From assembly GCA_965204725.1 (NCBI GenBank), contig OZ242005.1, positions 2,304,001 to 2,368,000 on the forward strand: DNA of 64,000 nucleotides. Direction: 5' to 3'. Below, one piece after another: positions 1 through 9,542 of the stretch (position 1 is its first letter; the number at the start of each line of letters is the position of its first letter). The notes below the pieces were generated by a model. It ran no database searches and had not been told where the DNA came from. It saw nothing but the letters and a program-made list of their open reading frames with translations. The stretch comes from Candidatus Latescibacterota bacterium. Its GTDB lineage: Bacteria; Latescibacterota; UBA2968; UBA8231. Both the position numbers and the translations under genes were made by a program.

Positions 1-2901
1 CGAGACAAAACCATCGGCGTAGGTCTGATAGCCGCGCCTGAGCACCATGACCAAGCCCGACAAAGCAACCGCAAAGGGCACGATGAACACCGAGATCCAG
101 AGAATGACCGCGCCCTGATTGCCGATTAGGTTGATGGGGTTAAAGGCGGGCTGCTTGTCGGCGATGGTCAGGCGGTCTTCGTCCTCGGTGAGCCAACGCA
201 CGTTGCCGAGAAACAGCTCGCCATTGGCCTGCTGAGCAAAGTACTGGTTGGAGGCAAAATCCGCGTCGCCGAAGACCACGAGGCGCGTCCGTCCCTCGGG
301 CGCTATGCTGGTATCAACGGCCGCGGAGACGGCCACGCCCAGCGACACCGGGCCGCGCATATCCACTTCCGGGTCGAATGCAACCTCGCCGCCCTCGCCC
401 GCGATGGGCGCTAGGTCGGTTTCGCCCCAACTGTTTTTGTGGGTGAACGCCAACGCGGCGATCTCTGGGTCTTTGAGCCGGTGTTCGGTTGGCTGCACCG
501 AGCGCACCAGCGGGAAGAAGGTCATCATCCCAGCGGACAGCTCTTGGGTGATCGGGTGGTCGCCGTAGTTGATGACCACCGGCACGGAGGCCTCCGCGCC
601 AAAAAGCTGGCCCAAGCCGCTCAGATCGACGACAAAGTTCTGCCCCAGCTCAACCGAGTACTCGTTCAACAGGGCTTCGAGCCCGGTCGGCTGGCCCGGA
701 TCGAGCAAAAACAATGCACTACCCCCGCCGGCCAAGTATTGCCGCAGCACGTCGGCTTCGGCCGCGGCAAAGCGCTCCTTGGGGCCTAAAACCACGACTA
801 ACGTGGCGTCGTCGGGCACTGGCTCAGCGAGCGTCAGCCCTTCCTCTACCGCAAAGTTTAGCTCCTTGAGCCGCCCCTTGAGGGTGGAATAGCCCTGCTC
901 ATCGACCTGATCTAGCTCGGCCTCACCGTGGCCGCTGGTGAAATAGGCCCTGAGTTCGCGGCCTTTGAGTGCCTTGAGAATGGCGTTGCTCAGCGCCTCT
1001 TCGCTCTGGGCGGTAATGCGCTCGGTGCGCACCTGCCCTTGGTCAATCACTTCGACAATCGAAGTCCCGCGCTCGCGGATGTTGTTCTGCTCGACGCGCA
1101 GCCGGTTTTTCTGCGGATCGAGCAGCTCGTAGTCGAAGTTGGGCGACACATAGCTGTACTCCCTTAATAGGTCCTCAAAGCGCACGTTCTCCATCTCGCT
1201 CATGAAGGTCTTGACTTGGACGTACTGGTCGTTGTCGGCGAGCGGCTCGAGGAGCCTGTGGGTGTCGCCCGACAGGGTAAAGAGCGCGTCGGCCGTCAGG
1301 TCTTGGCGGAAGTGATAGCGGTCGCCGAGGAAGTTGACCAGCGCGGCAATGCCGAGCGAAATCACAATGCCCAACCCGGCCGCGCTCAAGTCGGCCAAGC
1401 TCCAGCGCCCCTTGCGCGAGACGACCACAATGCCGACCAAGGCGATTAGCCCCGGATAGAGCACCACGCTGAGCCAGAAAATCCACTCGCTGTCGCTGTC
1501 GGTCAGGGCGATGGGGTTGTGGCCCGGCTCGCGGGGACGAATCGAGATCAGGGCCTCGTCCTCGGCCAGCCAGCTCAGCGCGTTGAGCACCAAGTCGCCG
1601 TTGCCTTGGACGCCGAAGTACTGGTTGGTGGCAAAGTCCGAATCCCCAAAGACCACCAAGCGGCCTCCGGCCTCGCGGTCTCGGGCCGCAACGGCCAAAG
1701 GCACCGGGCCGGGCTGATCGACGCCCTCGTCGAGCTTGACCGTCTGATTGCCCTCGCTGGTGAGGACGCTCAAGTCGGTTTCGGCCCAACCGGACTCCGA
1801 GGTCTGGACTAGGACGGCCCCCTCGCGGCCAGCCCCCTCGTCAAAATGTACTGAGCGACCGAGCTGGAAGAAGGTCATTAGGCCCTCGTGCTTGCGCGTG
1901 ACCGGATGGTCGCCGTAGGAGAGGGCGACCGGCGTGGTAAAATCAAGGCCAAACAGCGAGCCTATGCCGCTGGTGTCGATGACGAAGTCGTCGCCGACCG
2001 CCACGCCCCACTCGCCCAACAGGTCCGCTAAGCCGCTGTCGGCGAGCGGGTCCAGGAGCAAGAGCAAGGCACCGCCTTCTGCTAGGTATGCGCGGATGGC
2101 TTCGACCTCGCCCGGAAAGAAGGGGGTGCGCGGGCCAGCGACGACGAGCACGGCGCAATTTTGCGGCACCGCCCCGGCGCGGGCGAGGAAGAGCGAATCC
2201 TCGACCGCGTAGTCAATCTCGCCCAACTGGGCCTGCAACTGGGCCAACCCATCGGGTTGGTCGGCGAGTTGGCGCTCGCCGTGCCCCACCGTCAAGTAGA
2301 TCCGGTCTTGGCGCTCGCGCGTCAGTTTGAGCAACGAGTTGACTATTTCGCGCTCTTCGAGCTCGGTGATTTGCTGTTGGTTGTCGCCGCTTTCCAATAC
2401 CAGCGTGTCGTAGCGGCGGATGCCGTAGTCCTCAGTGCGGCTCGGGTCGCGGTCTGGGTCGATGAATTCGTAGCTGAAGCGGGTGTTGTACGTCTCCAAC
2501 TCGGCCAGCAGCAGTTCGAGCTCGGGGTTTTCTCCGCCCTCCATAAAGGCGAGGGCGTGGACATCCCGGTCTAGTGCCTTGAGCGTCTCGACCGTCAAGT
2601 CGGCGAGGCTGTGCAACTGGCCCTCGGTCAAGTCGAAGCGCTCGGGATAGCGGTTGCCCAAAAAATTGACCATGGCCACAATGCCGAACACCATGATGCC
2701 GCCCCAAAAGGCGTTGAGCCAGCGGCCGTACTGGCGGAAGAGCGCCGGGTTCAAAAGGCCGGCCGCAGCCACCATCAGGGCGCCGAGGGCCAAGTTGAAA
2801 AGGCCGACCGAGCCGCTCTCGGCATTGAGCAGATAGGCCAAGCCACCCGCGACCATCAGGGCCGCGCCGACCAAGCCCAAGGGCGTGGTATATGCCTTCA
2901 T
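1..2901 (-). CDS. GldG-family ABC-transporter auxiliary membrane protein with two tandem GldG units (3' end runs off the window)
   Basis: Manual translation from ATG at 2901 (MKAYTTPLG...) stays open to base 1 (967 codons); not in the ORF track. Motifs NFLG.RY..R.DLT, GHGE, VVFGD(S/A)DFA.NQYF and a following TM helix each occur twice. Confidence 0.85.
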   Translation of the reverse strand, partial: MKAYTTPLGLVGAALMVAGGLAYLLNAESGSVGLFNLALGALMVAAAGLLNPALFRQYGRWLNAFWGGIMVFGIVAMVNFLGNRYPERFDLTEGQLHSLADLTVETLKALDRDVHALAFMEGGENPELELLLAELETYNTRFSYEFIDPDRDPSRTEDYGIRRYDTLVLESGDNQQQITELEEREIVNSLLKLTRERQDRIYLTVGHGERQLADQPDGLAQLQAQLGEIDYAVEDSLFLARAGAVPQNCAVLVVAGPRTPFFPGEVEAIRAYLAEGGALLLLLDPLADSGLADLLGEWGVAVGDDFVIDTSGIGSLFGLDFTTPVALSYGDHPVTRKHEGLMTFFQLGRSVHFDEGAGREGAVLVQTSESGWAETDLSVLTSEGNQTVKLDEGVDQPGPVPLAVAARDREAGGRLVVFGDSDFATNQYFGVQGNGDLVLNALSWLAEDEALISIRPREPGHNPIALTDSDSEWIFWLSVVLYPGLIALVGIVVVSRKGRWSLADLSAAGLGIVISLGIAALVNFLGDRYHFRQDLTADALFTLSGDTHRLLEPLADNDQYVQVKTFMSEMENVRFEDLLREYSYVSPNFDYELLDPQKNRLRVEQNNIRERGTSIVEVIDQGQVRTERITAQSEEALSNAILKALKGRELRAYFTSGHGEAELDQVDEQGYSTLKGRLKELNFAVEEGLTLAEPVPDDATLVVVLGPKERFAAAEADVLRQYLAGGGSALFLLDPGQPTGLEALLNEYSVELGQNFVVDLSGLGQLFGAEASVPVVINYGDHPITQELSAGMMTFFPLVRSVQPTEHRLKDPEIAALAFTHKNSWGETDLAPIAGEGGEVAFDPEVDMRGPVSLGVAVSAAVDTSIAPEGRTRLVVFGDADFASNQYFAQQANGELFLGNVRWLTEDEDRLTIADKQPAFNPINLIGNQGAVILWISVFIVPFAVALSGLVMVLRRGYQTYADGFVS

Positions 2902-2903
2902 GC

Positions 2904-3686
2904 TCAGCGCCTCCATCGCCGCGATTCAATGACGCGCGTGGTTAAAAACAGGCAGAAAAAGGTAAAGCTCAGGTAGAACACCACATCCTTGGTGTCGATG
3001 ACTCCGCGCTGGAAGTCTTCGAGGTGGTCTATGAAGGAGAGGTACTGCAAAATTTTGGCGGCCGTTGGGCCGGCAAAGCTGGCCGACCAGTCAATGAGCC
3101 AGAACAGGAGCAACATGCCAAAGGTCAGCAGCACGGCGACGATTTGGTTTTCGGTCAGCGCCGAGGCCAAGATGCCCACGGCGATAAAGGTCGCGCCGAG
3201 GAACAAGTAGCCGAGGTAGCCGGAAAAAATCGGCCCCCAGTCGGGCGAGCCATACACTTCGAGAATGACGAAGTAAATCAGGGTCAGGCTGACGATGATG
3301 CCGTAGAGCGAAAAGCAGGCGAAGAACTTGCCCAGCATCACTTCGATGGTGCGTAGCGGCGAGGTCATCAGCAATTCGATGGTGCCGGATTTTTTCTCCT
3401 CGGCAAACAGCCGCATGGTCAGCATCGGGATGACCAAGAGCCATATAAAGTCCATGACTGCGAAGAATTGGGTGATGACCATCTCGTTGAGATTGAGCGC
3501 CGGCATCCCCCCCATGCCCATCTGGGCCCGCTGGCCAAACTGCAAGCACCAGAGGTTGAACTGCATCAGGATATTGCGAAACAGATACCCCGAGAGAAAC
3601 AGAAAGACGCCCGCGATCACATAGGCGACGGGCGAAACAAAATAGGAGCGCATCTCCTTGGTGTACACGGCGGCAAAATTACGCAT
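2904..3686 (-). CDS. ABC-2 permease, GldF-like
   Basis: KEMRSYFVSPVAYV, LTMRLFAEEKKSGTIELL, multiple TM segments. Confidence 0.9.
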   Translation of the reverse strand: MRNFAAVYTKEMRSYFVSPVAYVIAGVFLFLSGYLFRNILMQFNLWCLQFGQRAQMGMGGMPALNLNEMVITQFFAVMDFIWLLVIPMLTMRLFAEEKKSGTIELLMTSPLRTIEVMLGKFFACFSLYGIIVSLTLIYFVILEVYGSPDWGPIFSGYLGYLFLGATFIAVGILASALTENQIVAVLLTFGMLLLFWLIDWSASFAGPTAAKILQYLSFIDHLEDFQRGVIDTKDVVFYLSFTFFCLFLTTRVIESRRWRR

Positions 3687-3687
3687 G

Positions 3688-4620
3688 TTAAGCTGCTACC
3701 TCCTCGCTAGTCAGGCTCAGGAAAATGTCTTCAAGGGTCATGTCGAGCGGCCGCAATTCGCGGAGGCTGAAGCCGCTCTCCACCACCTTGCGGGTCAGGT
3801 CGTCGCGCACGTCGGCCCCGGGCGTGCTCGTCACTACGTACGTGCCCTCCTCGCCGCTCGCTTCGACTTCTAGGACGCCCTCGAGTTGGCCGATCATGCC
3901 CAGCACCTGCTCGCTGGGGCCGTCGATGTGAGCGCACAGGACCTCGCCCTCTTTGAGCTGGGCCATGAGGCTTTCGGGCGTCCCCTGACCGGCGATGCGG
4001 CCGTTGTTGATGATGGCCAGTTGCCCGCAGGTCATGCTCACCTCCGGCAGGATGTGGGTGCTGAGAATGACCGTGTGGTCGCCCCCCAGCCCCTTGATGA
4101 CCTCGCGGATTTCGATGATCTGCTTGGGGTCGAGGCCCACGGTCGGCTCGTCGAGGATGAGCACCTCTGGCTCGTGGACTAGGGCTTGGGCCAAACCGAC
4201 GCGCTGCCGATAGCCCTTGGATAGGTGGCCGATCACCGTGTGGCGGTGATGAGCGATGCCGGTCTTTTCCATGGTGTCGTCAATTCGGCTGTTGAGCGCG
4301 GCGCTGGGCACGCCCTTGATTTTGGCCACAAAGCGCAGATAGGCGTTGACCGTCATGTCGTGGTAGAGCGGTGGCTGCTCGGGCAGGTAGCCGATGCGCT
4401 TGCGCACCTCTATGGACTCTTCGACGACGTCGAAGCCAGCGACTTTGGCCTCGCCCTGCGAAGGGGGTAAATAACAGGTAAGCATCCGCATCGTCGTGGT
4501 CTTGCCCGCGCCATTCGGCCCGAGGAAACCGAGGATGACGCCCTTGTCAACGCTGAAGGAGACATTCTCCACGGCGACGACATCTCCGTAGTGTTTGGAC
4601 AGTTCGCGTACTTCAATCAC
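3688..4620 (-). CDS. ABC transporter ATP-binding protein, GldA-like
   Basis: Walker A GPNGAGKT, signature LSKGYRQR, Walker B ILDEP, H-loop STH. Confidence 0.93.
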   Translation of the reverse strand: MIEVRELSKHYGDVVAVENVSFSVDKGVILGFLGPNGAGKTTTMRMLTCYLPPSQGEAKVAGFDVVEESIEVRKRIGYLPEQPPLYHDMTVNAYLRFVAKIKGVPSAALNSRIDDTMEKTGIAHHRHTVIGHLSKGYRQRVGLAQALVHEPEVLILDEPTVGLDPKQIIEIREVIKGLGGDHTVILSTHILPEVSMTCGQLAIINNGRIAGQGTPESLMAQLKEGEVLCAHIDGPSEQVLGMIGQLEGVLEVEASGEEGTYVVTSTPGADVRDDLTRKVVESGFSLRELRPLDMTLEDIFLSLTSEEVAA

Positions 4621-4632
4621 CGCATTTCCTCC

Positions 4633-5508
4633 TTAGTGTCGCTGCATCCGCGTGCGAAAAAAGTGAATGAGGGGTTCGATGTATGGGCGCGACAGGTCAA
4701 TCGCGATTTGGTCGACGCCCGCTTTGTGCAATAGCGTGCTGCGGTGCTCGGCCGCGGCCCGCTGCTCGGCGGCGAAAAACGCGCGCACGCCCTCGTGGCC
4801 GCTATCGACGAGCACCTGTTGGCCGGTCTCGGCGTCTTGCAGGTTGATAAAACCAACATCCGGTAGGTCCCACTCGCGCGGGTCGCTCACCACCACGGCG
4901 ATCAGGTCGTGGCGCTGGCTCAAGTGCCGCAGCGCAGGCTCGTAGCCTTGGTCGAGAAAGTCGGAGAGGACAAAGACCACGCTGCGGCGGTGCAGGACGC
5001 GGCTGAGGTATTCCAAGGCCCCGGCAATGGAGGTCTTGCGCCCTTGCGGCTGAAAGTACAGCAGCTCGCGCAACACGCGCAGCACGTGCTTGCGCCCCTT
5101 TTTCGGGGGGACGAAAACCTCGACCTCGTCCGTGAAGATGAGCAGGCCCACTCGGTCGTTGTTCTTGATCGCGCTAAAGGCCAACAGCGCCGAGACCTCG
5201 ACCCCGACTTCCCCCTTCATCTGCTGCTGCGAGCCAAAGGCCCCCGACGCGCTGGCATCGACCACCAGCACGGCGGTCAGCTCGCGCTCCTCGTCGAATA
5301 TCTTGACGAAGGGCGCACCCACTCGCGCCGTCACGTTCCAGTCGATGTGGCGCACGTCGTCGCCGGGCTGGTATTCGCGCGCCTCGGCAAACTCCATCCC
5401 GCGCCCCTTGAACGCCGAATGGTATTCGCCGGCGAAGAGGTTGTTCACCATGCTGCGGGTGTGAATCTCAAGCAGGCGAACTTTGTCGAGTATCTCTTTG
5501 GGAATCAC
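4633..5508 (-). CDS. DUF58 (VWA-like) protein
   Basis: GEYHSAFKGRGMEF...REYQPGDDVRHIDWNVTAR; VVDASAS MIDAS-like motif. Confidence 0.9.
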   Translation of the reverse strand: MIPKEILDKVRLLEIHTRSMVNNLFAGEYHSAFKGRGMEFAEAREYQPGDDVRHIDWNVTARVGAPFVKIFDEERELTAVLVVDASASGAFGSQQQMKGEVGVEVSALLAFSAIKNNDRVGLLIFTDEVEVFVPPKKGRKHVLRVLRELLYFQPQGRKTSIAGALEYLSRVLHRRSVVFVLSDFLDQGYEPALRHLSQRHDLIAVVVSDPREWDLPDVGFINLQDAETGQQVLVDSGHEGVRAFFAAEQRAAAEHRSTLLHKAGVDQIAIDLSRPYIEPLIHFFRTRMQRH

Positions 5509-5527
5509 CGCTCGGCTCGCCTTGGCT

Positions 5528-6526
5528 TCAGGGAACTTCGATGTGGTCGAAGAGCTGCTGCACGATGTGATCGCTGTCGATTTCCTCGGCCTCGGCCTCG
5601 TACGAGACGATGATCCGATGCCTGAGCACGTCGGCCCCCACGGCCTTGACGTCTTCGGGGGTGACGTAGCCGCGCCGCTGGATGAAGGCGTGGGCGCGCG
5701 CCGTGCGGACGAGGAAAATAGCGGCCCGCGGCGAGGCCCCGTACTCGATCAGCGGGGCCATGTCGGCCAACCCGTAGTCGGCCGGGCGTCGGGTCGCTTG
5801 GACGAGATCGACGACGTAATCCTTGATCTTGTCGTCGATATAGACGATCTCCACCACCTCGCGCAGGCGGTGGATTTGGTCGATGCTCACCGCTTGCTCC
5901 ACCGCGATTGGGCTGTCGTTGGCCATGCGGTCCAATATGAGCCGCTCCTCGGTGCGCGACGGATAATCGACCTTCACTTTGAGCATGAAGCGATCGATTT
6001 GGGCCTCGGGCAGCGGGTACGTTCCCTCTTGATCAATCGGGTTTTGGGTGGCCATGACCAAGAACGGGTCGTCGAGTGAATAGGTTTCCTCGCCGATGGT
6101 CACCTGCCGCTCTTGCATGCACTCCAAAAGCGCGCTCTGCACTTTGGCTGGTGCGCGGTTGATTTCGTCGGCTAGGATCAAATGGGCGAAGATCGGGCCT
6201 TTCTTGGGTATAAACGCCCCTTGGTGCTGGTTGTAGATGGTGGTCCCGGTCAGATCGGCGGGCAACAGATCCGGGGTAAACTGGATCCGCTTGAACCGGG
6301 CCGCCACGATCCGCGCCAGCGTCGCCACCGTCAGGGTCTTGGCTAGCCCGGGCACTCCTTCGAGGAGGATGTGGCCGTTGCACAACAGCCCCATCAGAAT
6401 TCGCTCCACCATGGCGCGTTGGCCGACGATGACTCGGTCCATCTCCTGCAAGATGCGCTCTACCAGCGCGCTCTCGCGCTGGACCTGCTCGCTAATGGCG
6501 TGAATGTCTATGGTTGTTTGCGTCAT
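5528..6526 (-). CDS. MoxR-family AAA+ ATPase
   Basis: LLEGVPGLAKT, RIQFTPDLLPAD, DEINRAPAKVQSALLE, ATQNP, EGTYPLPEAQIDRF, GASPRA. Confidence 0.95.
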   Translation of the reverse strand: MTQTTIDIHAISEQVQRESALVERILQEMDRVIVGQRAMVERILMGLLCNGHILLEGVPGLAKTLTVATLARIVAARFKRIQFTPDLLPADLTGTTIYNQHQGAFIPKKGPIFAHLILADEINRAPAKVQSALLECMQERQVTIGEETYSLDDPFLVMATQNPIDQEGTYPLPEAQIDRFMLKVKVDYPSRTEERLILDRMANDSPIAVEQAVSIDQIHRLREVVEIVYIDDKIKDYVVDLVQATRRPADYGLADMAPLIEYGASPRAAIFLVRTARAHAFIQRRGYVTPEDVKAVGADVLRHRIIVSYEAEAEEIDSDHIVQQLFDHIEVP

Positions 6527-6570
6527 CAGTTGTGCTCTCTACATGCGCTAGGCGCTGGGCCTCAGCCAAT

Positions 6571-6601
6571 AAAAAACCGCCCTGCGGATTCGCAAGCGGC
6601 T
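6571..6601 (-). terminator. Intrinsic terminator between the TPR gene and moxR
   Basis: Minus strand GCCGCTTGCG-AATC-CGCAGGGCGG followed by a T6 run. Confidence 0.6.
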
Positions 6602-6644
6602 GGGCCCATCTGCCTCAAACCTTTATGGCAACTTCTCAGTGTAT

Positions 6645-7136
6645 TTAAGGAACGGCGGCCTCGTCCTGAAATTGGACCCATTCTTGGGGGGGGCGGCCGA
6701 CGTGGGGCAACAGGTGCTGGGCACTGGCCGCGAGATCGGAGTCGGGGTAGTTCTCAAGTACGCGCTGGTAGGCCCGCCGCGCTTTCTCTAGATCGCGGAT
6801 GTATTCTTCGTATATAAAGGCGATCATAAATTGGGCTTCGTCGCCGTGCTCGCTATCGGGATATTCGGCCAACACGCGCTCGTAATGCCCAATGGCCTCC
6901 TCCATCTTCCCTTGCTGCTGGGCCAAGCCGGCGAGTTTTCTCAGGGCCTCGGGTGCTTTGGGCGATTCGGCAAAGCGCTCGAGAAAATCCGTAAAGTGCG
7001 CGACCGCTTGGTCGGCCGTCGTCGGGTCGGCCGCGGCCGCCTCGCCGGCTGCGAACAGCTCCTCAGCGCTTTGTTGGGCGCAACCGCCTCCCCAAGACCC
7101 GACGACGAGAATTCCTAGTAGTATCCTCGACCACAT
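6645..7136 (-). CDS. TPR lipoprotein (BamD/CpoB-like repeats)
   Basis: Signal peptide ending GGGC; TPR repeats with YPDS turns. Confidence 0.75.
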   Translation of the reverse strand: MWSRILLGILVVGSWGGGCAQQSAEELFAAGEAAAADPTTADQAVAHFTDFLERFAESPKAPEALRKLAGLAQQQGKMEEAIGHYERVLAEYPDSEHGDEAQFMIAFIYEEYIRDLEKARRAYQRVLENYPDSDLAASAQHLLPHVGRPPQEWVQFQDEAAVP

Positions 7137-7170
7137 ATAATTTTAACCACGCATCGCGGGGGCAGGTTCC

Positions 7171-7464
7171 TCAATCGGCTTTGGCGACCTTGGCTTTCCC
7201 ATCGCTCTTTTTGTTTTTGGCCCCGGCCTCGCTCTTGCTGCTGTCTTTATCGGCCTTCGCGGCCTTTTGATAGCCATCGCTGCGATAGTCGGTTGTGTAA
7301 AAGCCCGTTCCCTTAAACAGCAGGCCGCCGCCAGCGCCGATGAGCCGCTTAACCGGGCCTGGACAATCTGCTGCTGAGCAGGTTTGGCGCGGCGCGGCCG
7401 TGATGGGCTGAAACTCTTCAAATCGGTGACCGCACTGCTGGCATTCGTATTCGTATGTGGGCAT
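7171..7464 (-). CDS. FmdB-family zinc-ribbon protein
   Basis: MPTYEYECQQCG...FKGTGFYTTDY, K/S-rich tail. Confidence 0.9.
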   Translation of the reverse strand: MPTYEYECQQCGHRFEEFQPITAAPRQTCSAADCPGPVKRLIGAGGGLLFKGTGFYTTDYRSDGYQKAAKADKDSSKSEAGAKNKKSDGKAKVAKAD

Positions 7465-7501
7465 GATTGGCTCTTGTTATAGCTAAAAATACGAACCTGA
7501 T

Positions 7502-7530
7502 AATATAGAATAGGTCAACTAGGGGCGCAA
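7502..7530 (-). promoter_or_regulatory. Putative sigma70 promoter for the FmdB/TPR genes
   Basis: TTGCGC-17 nt-TATATT on the minus strand. Confidence 0.45.
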
Positions 7531-7551
7531 TAGTTGGCGACGAGTCGGGCC

Positions 7552-9516
7552 TTACTCGGCGGCACCCATTTTCGGCAGATCGCCCGTGCCGAGGGAGCGC
7601 ACCTTGTCACGCTCGATTTTGAGCAGGGTCAATGCGCTGTTGGATCGCACCTCCGGCGACAGGGAGATGACGCCCGAGGCGCCTTCGTAGAACCGCACCG
7701 TGCCCAACCACTCAACCAGCGCGGCCGGGTCGCGGTGGCCCTGTTCCCATCCGTCAATGAGCAAGTGGGTGGCGTCGTACCCGACCGCCGCGTAGTGCGG
7801 GTCGCGGCGAAACTGCTTGCGGAAGGCGTTGACAAACGACCGCTCGGCTCTGGACTCGGCCTGCCGCACGGAAACAAAAATGACCCCGTCGAAATTCTTG
7901 CGCTCGCCCGGGGCCATCTGCCTAATGGCTTCGGGATCCCACCAGGCATCGTTGCCGAGGACTTGGGTCTGCAAGCGGTGAAAATGCACCTGCGGCGCGA
8001 TCGTCTTGGCGTCCGCAAAGCTCTCGGCCACGACCACCACCCCGTCGATGGTGTCGATAAACATATCCGCTACGAGCGTTTCCTCGACCACTTCGAGCGT
8101 GTCTGAGGGGAGCGGGGGCGGCCTCAGCGCAAAACCGGCATTGCGGATTTCCTCAAAGACGCGGCGAAAATCCTTGGTCTCGTTGGGGACATACCAATCG
8201 CCGTGGGCGATCTGGCCGCCGTTGCGCTCGGCAATGCGGGTGAACTCGTGCGTGAAATCCCAGCCGTAGTCGCTGAGCGGGGCAATGAGCACTAAGTGCT
8301 CCAATCCGAGGACCAGGGTCGCGTACTCGGCTAAGAGGCGCGCCTGTGTTTTTGGTACCGTGCTCAACTGAAAGACGCTGCGGCCGAGCGCGTCCAAGCC
8401 GCTTTGTTGGGCCAGCGGCACCAACAGGGGAACGCCGGCCCGCTCGGCGATCGCGGCCGCCACGACGCTAGAGCTGCTAAAGAGCGGACCGACGATGGCT
8501 ACCACTCCTCGATCGAGCAACTGCTGGGCGCTATTCGCCACGCGCAACAAACCACTGGCCGAACTTTCGCGGACGTCGCCGCCGCGATCCGTGCCGATGG
8601 GCAAGTTCCCGTAGTCAACTCCGGTGTCGGCGACTATCAGTTCAAAGGGACTGCCCGCTTCCCGATTGGCCAACTGCACCCCCTCGCGGAGCTCCTCGCC
8701 AATCCGGCGGTACGGCCCGGTCAACGGCAGCAGCAAGCCCAGCCGGGGCGGTCCAACGCGCTGACGCGGTGCGGGCTGACCGCTCCCCCGGACAGCGGCG
8801 ACCGACGCGAATATGCCGCTGGCAACGCTGTCGCGATAGGCCTGCATCGCCCGAGCCGCTTCCTCTTGCCAGCCGAGACGCTGAAACCAGCGCGCCCGAC
8901 CAAAGAACAGGGCCTCGCGCAGCCGCTCGGCCCCTACGGCCCGGCGCAGGCGCGTCAGGTCTTGCTCTTTTATCTGGCCATTCCAACGCATGGCGGCCAG
9001 CCGCTCGGCTGCTTGGGCTTGGACGATGAGTGGGGCTTGCGTGGCCAGCAAGCGGCCGTATTGGGACGCGGCCTCTGGGTAGTGCTGGCGGTTGAAAAAC
9101 GAGTCGCCGACCAACAGCCGAGCGTCGGGCAGGTAGCGGCTCATGGGAAATCGGCGCTGCAAGACCAAGGCCGCGTCGATGGCTTCGGCAAAGCGGCCTA
9201 GGCGGTACAGGCTCTTTCCCAAGAGGAGCTGACCGGCACTGGACCGCTGGTTGAGCGGGAACTCCGCGAGCTGCCGCAGGTGGTTGAGTGCCGCGTCAAA
9301 ACGCTCTTGTCGATAGGCCTCGAGCCCGTTGCCAAATATCGTTTCGGCGTCGGCCGAGTACGGCCACACGCGCGCCTGCCCTTGGGCCGAGGCCGGTGCC
9401 AGCACCACCGCGAGAACCACGCCAGCGTAGCAAGCCATCGGCGCGAAAAAGGTGCGAGGCCTAGGTTGTCCACATCTGAGAGGGCGAGTATATTTTTTAC
9501 GCCACCGCATTTCCAA
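7552..9516 (-). CDS. TPR plus type-I periplasmic-binding-fold protein (LpoA/LppC-like); start uncertain
   Basis: Signal-like ASAQG; N-terminal TPRs; LGLLLPLTG, AIVGPLFS and GYDA motifs of the LivJ/LppC fold. Confidence 0.7.
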   Translation of the reverse strand: MEMRWRKKYTRPLRCGQPRPRTFFAPMACYAGVVLAVVLAPASAQGQARVWPYSADAETIFGNGLEAYRQERFDAALNHLRQLAEFPLNQRSSAGQLLLGKSLYRLGRFAEAIDAALVLQRRFPMSRYLPDARLLVGDSFFNRQHYPEAASQYGRLLATQAPLIVQAQAAERLAAMRWNGQIKEQDLTRLRRAVGAERLREALFFGRARWFQRLGWQEEAARAMQAYRDSVASGIFASVAAVRGSGQPAPRQRVGPPRLGLLLPLTGPYRRIGEELREGVQLANREAGSPFELIVADTGVDYGNLPIGTDRGGDVRESSASGLLRVANSAQQLLDRGVVAIVGPLFSSSSVVAAAIAERAGVPLLVPLAQQSGLDALGRSVFQLSTVPKTQARLLAEYATLVLGLEHLVLIAPLSDYGWDFTHEFTRIAERNGGQIAHGDWYVPNETKDFRRVFEEIRNAGFALRPPPLPSDTLEVVEETLVADMFIDTIDGVVVVAESFADAKTIAPQVHFHRLQTQVLGNDAWWDPEAIRQMAPGERKNFDGVIFVSVRQAESRAERSFVNAFRKQFRRDPHYAAVGYDATHLLIDGWEQGHRDPAALVEWLGTVRFYEGASGVISLSPEVRSNSALTLLKIERDKVRSLGTGDLPKMGAAE

Positions 9517-9542
9517 CCTTTCCCTTTCCTTTAGGTTAATAT

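Noticed and set aside
248-2976. Many short plus- and minus-strand ORFs in the track
   Set aside because: Shadows of the long minus-strand GldG frame, which the track omits because it has no stop inside the window
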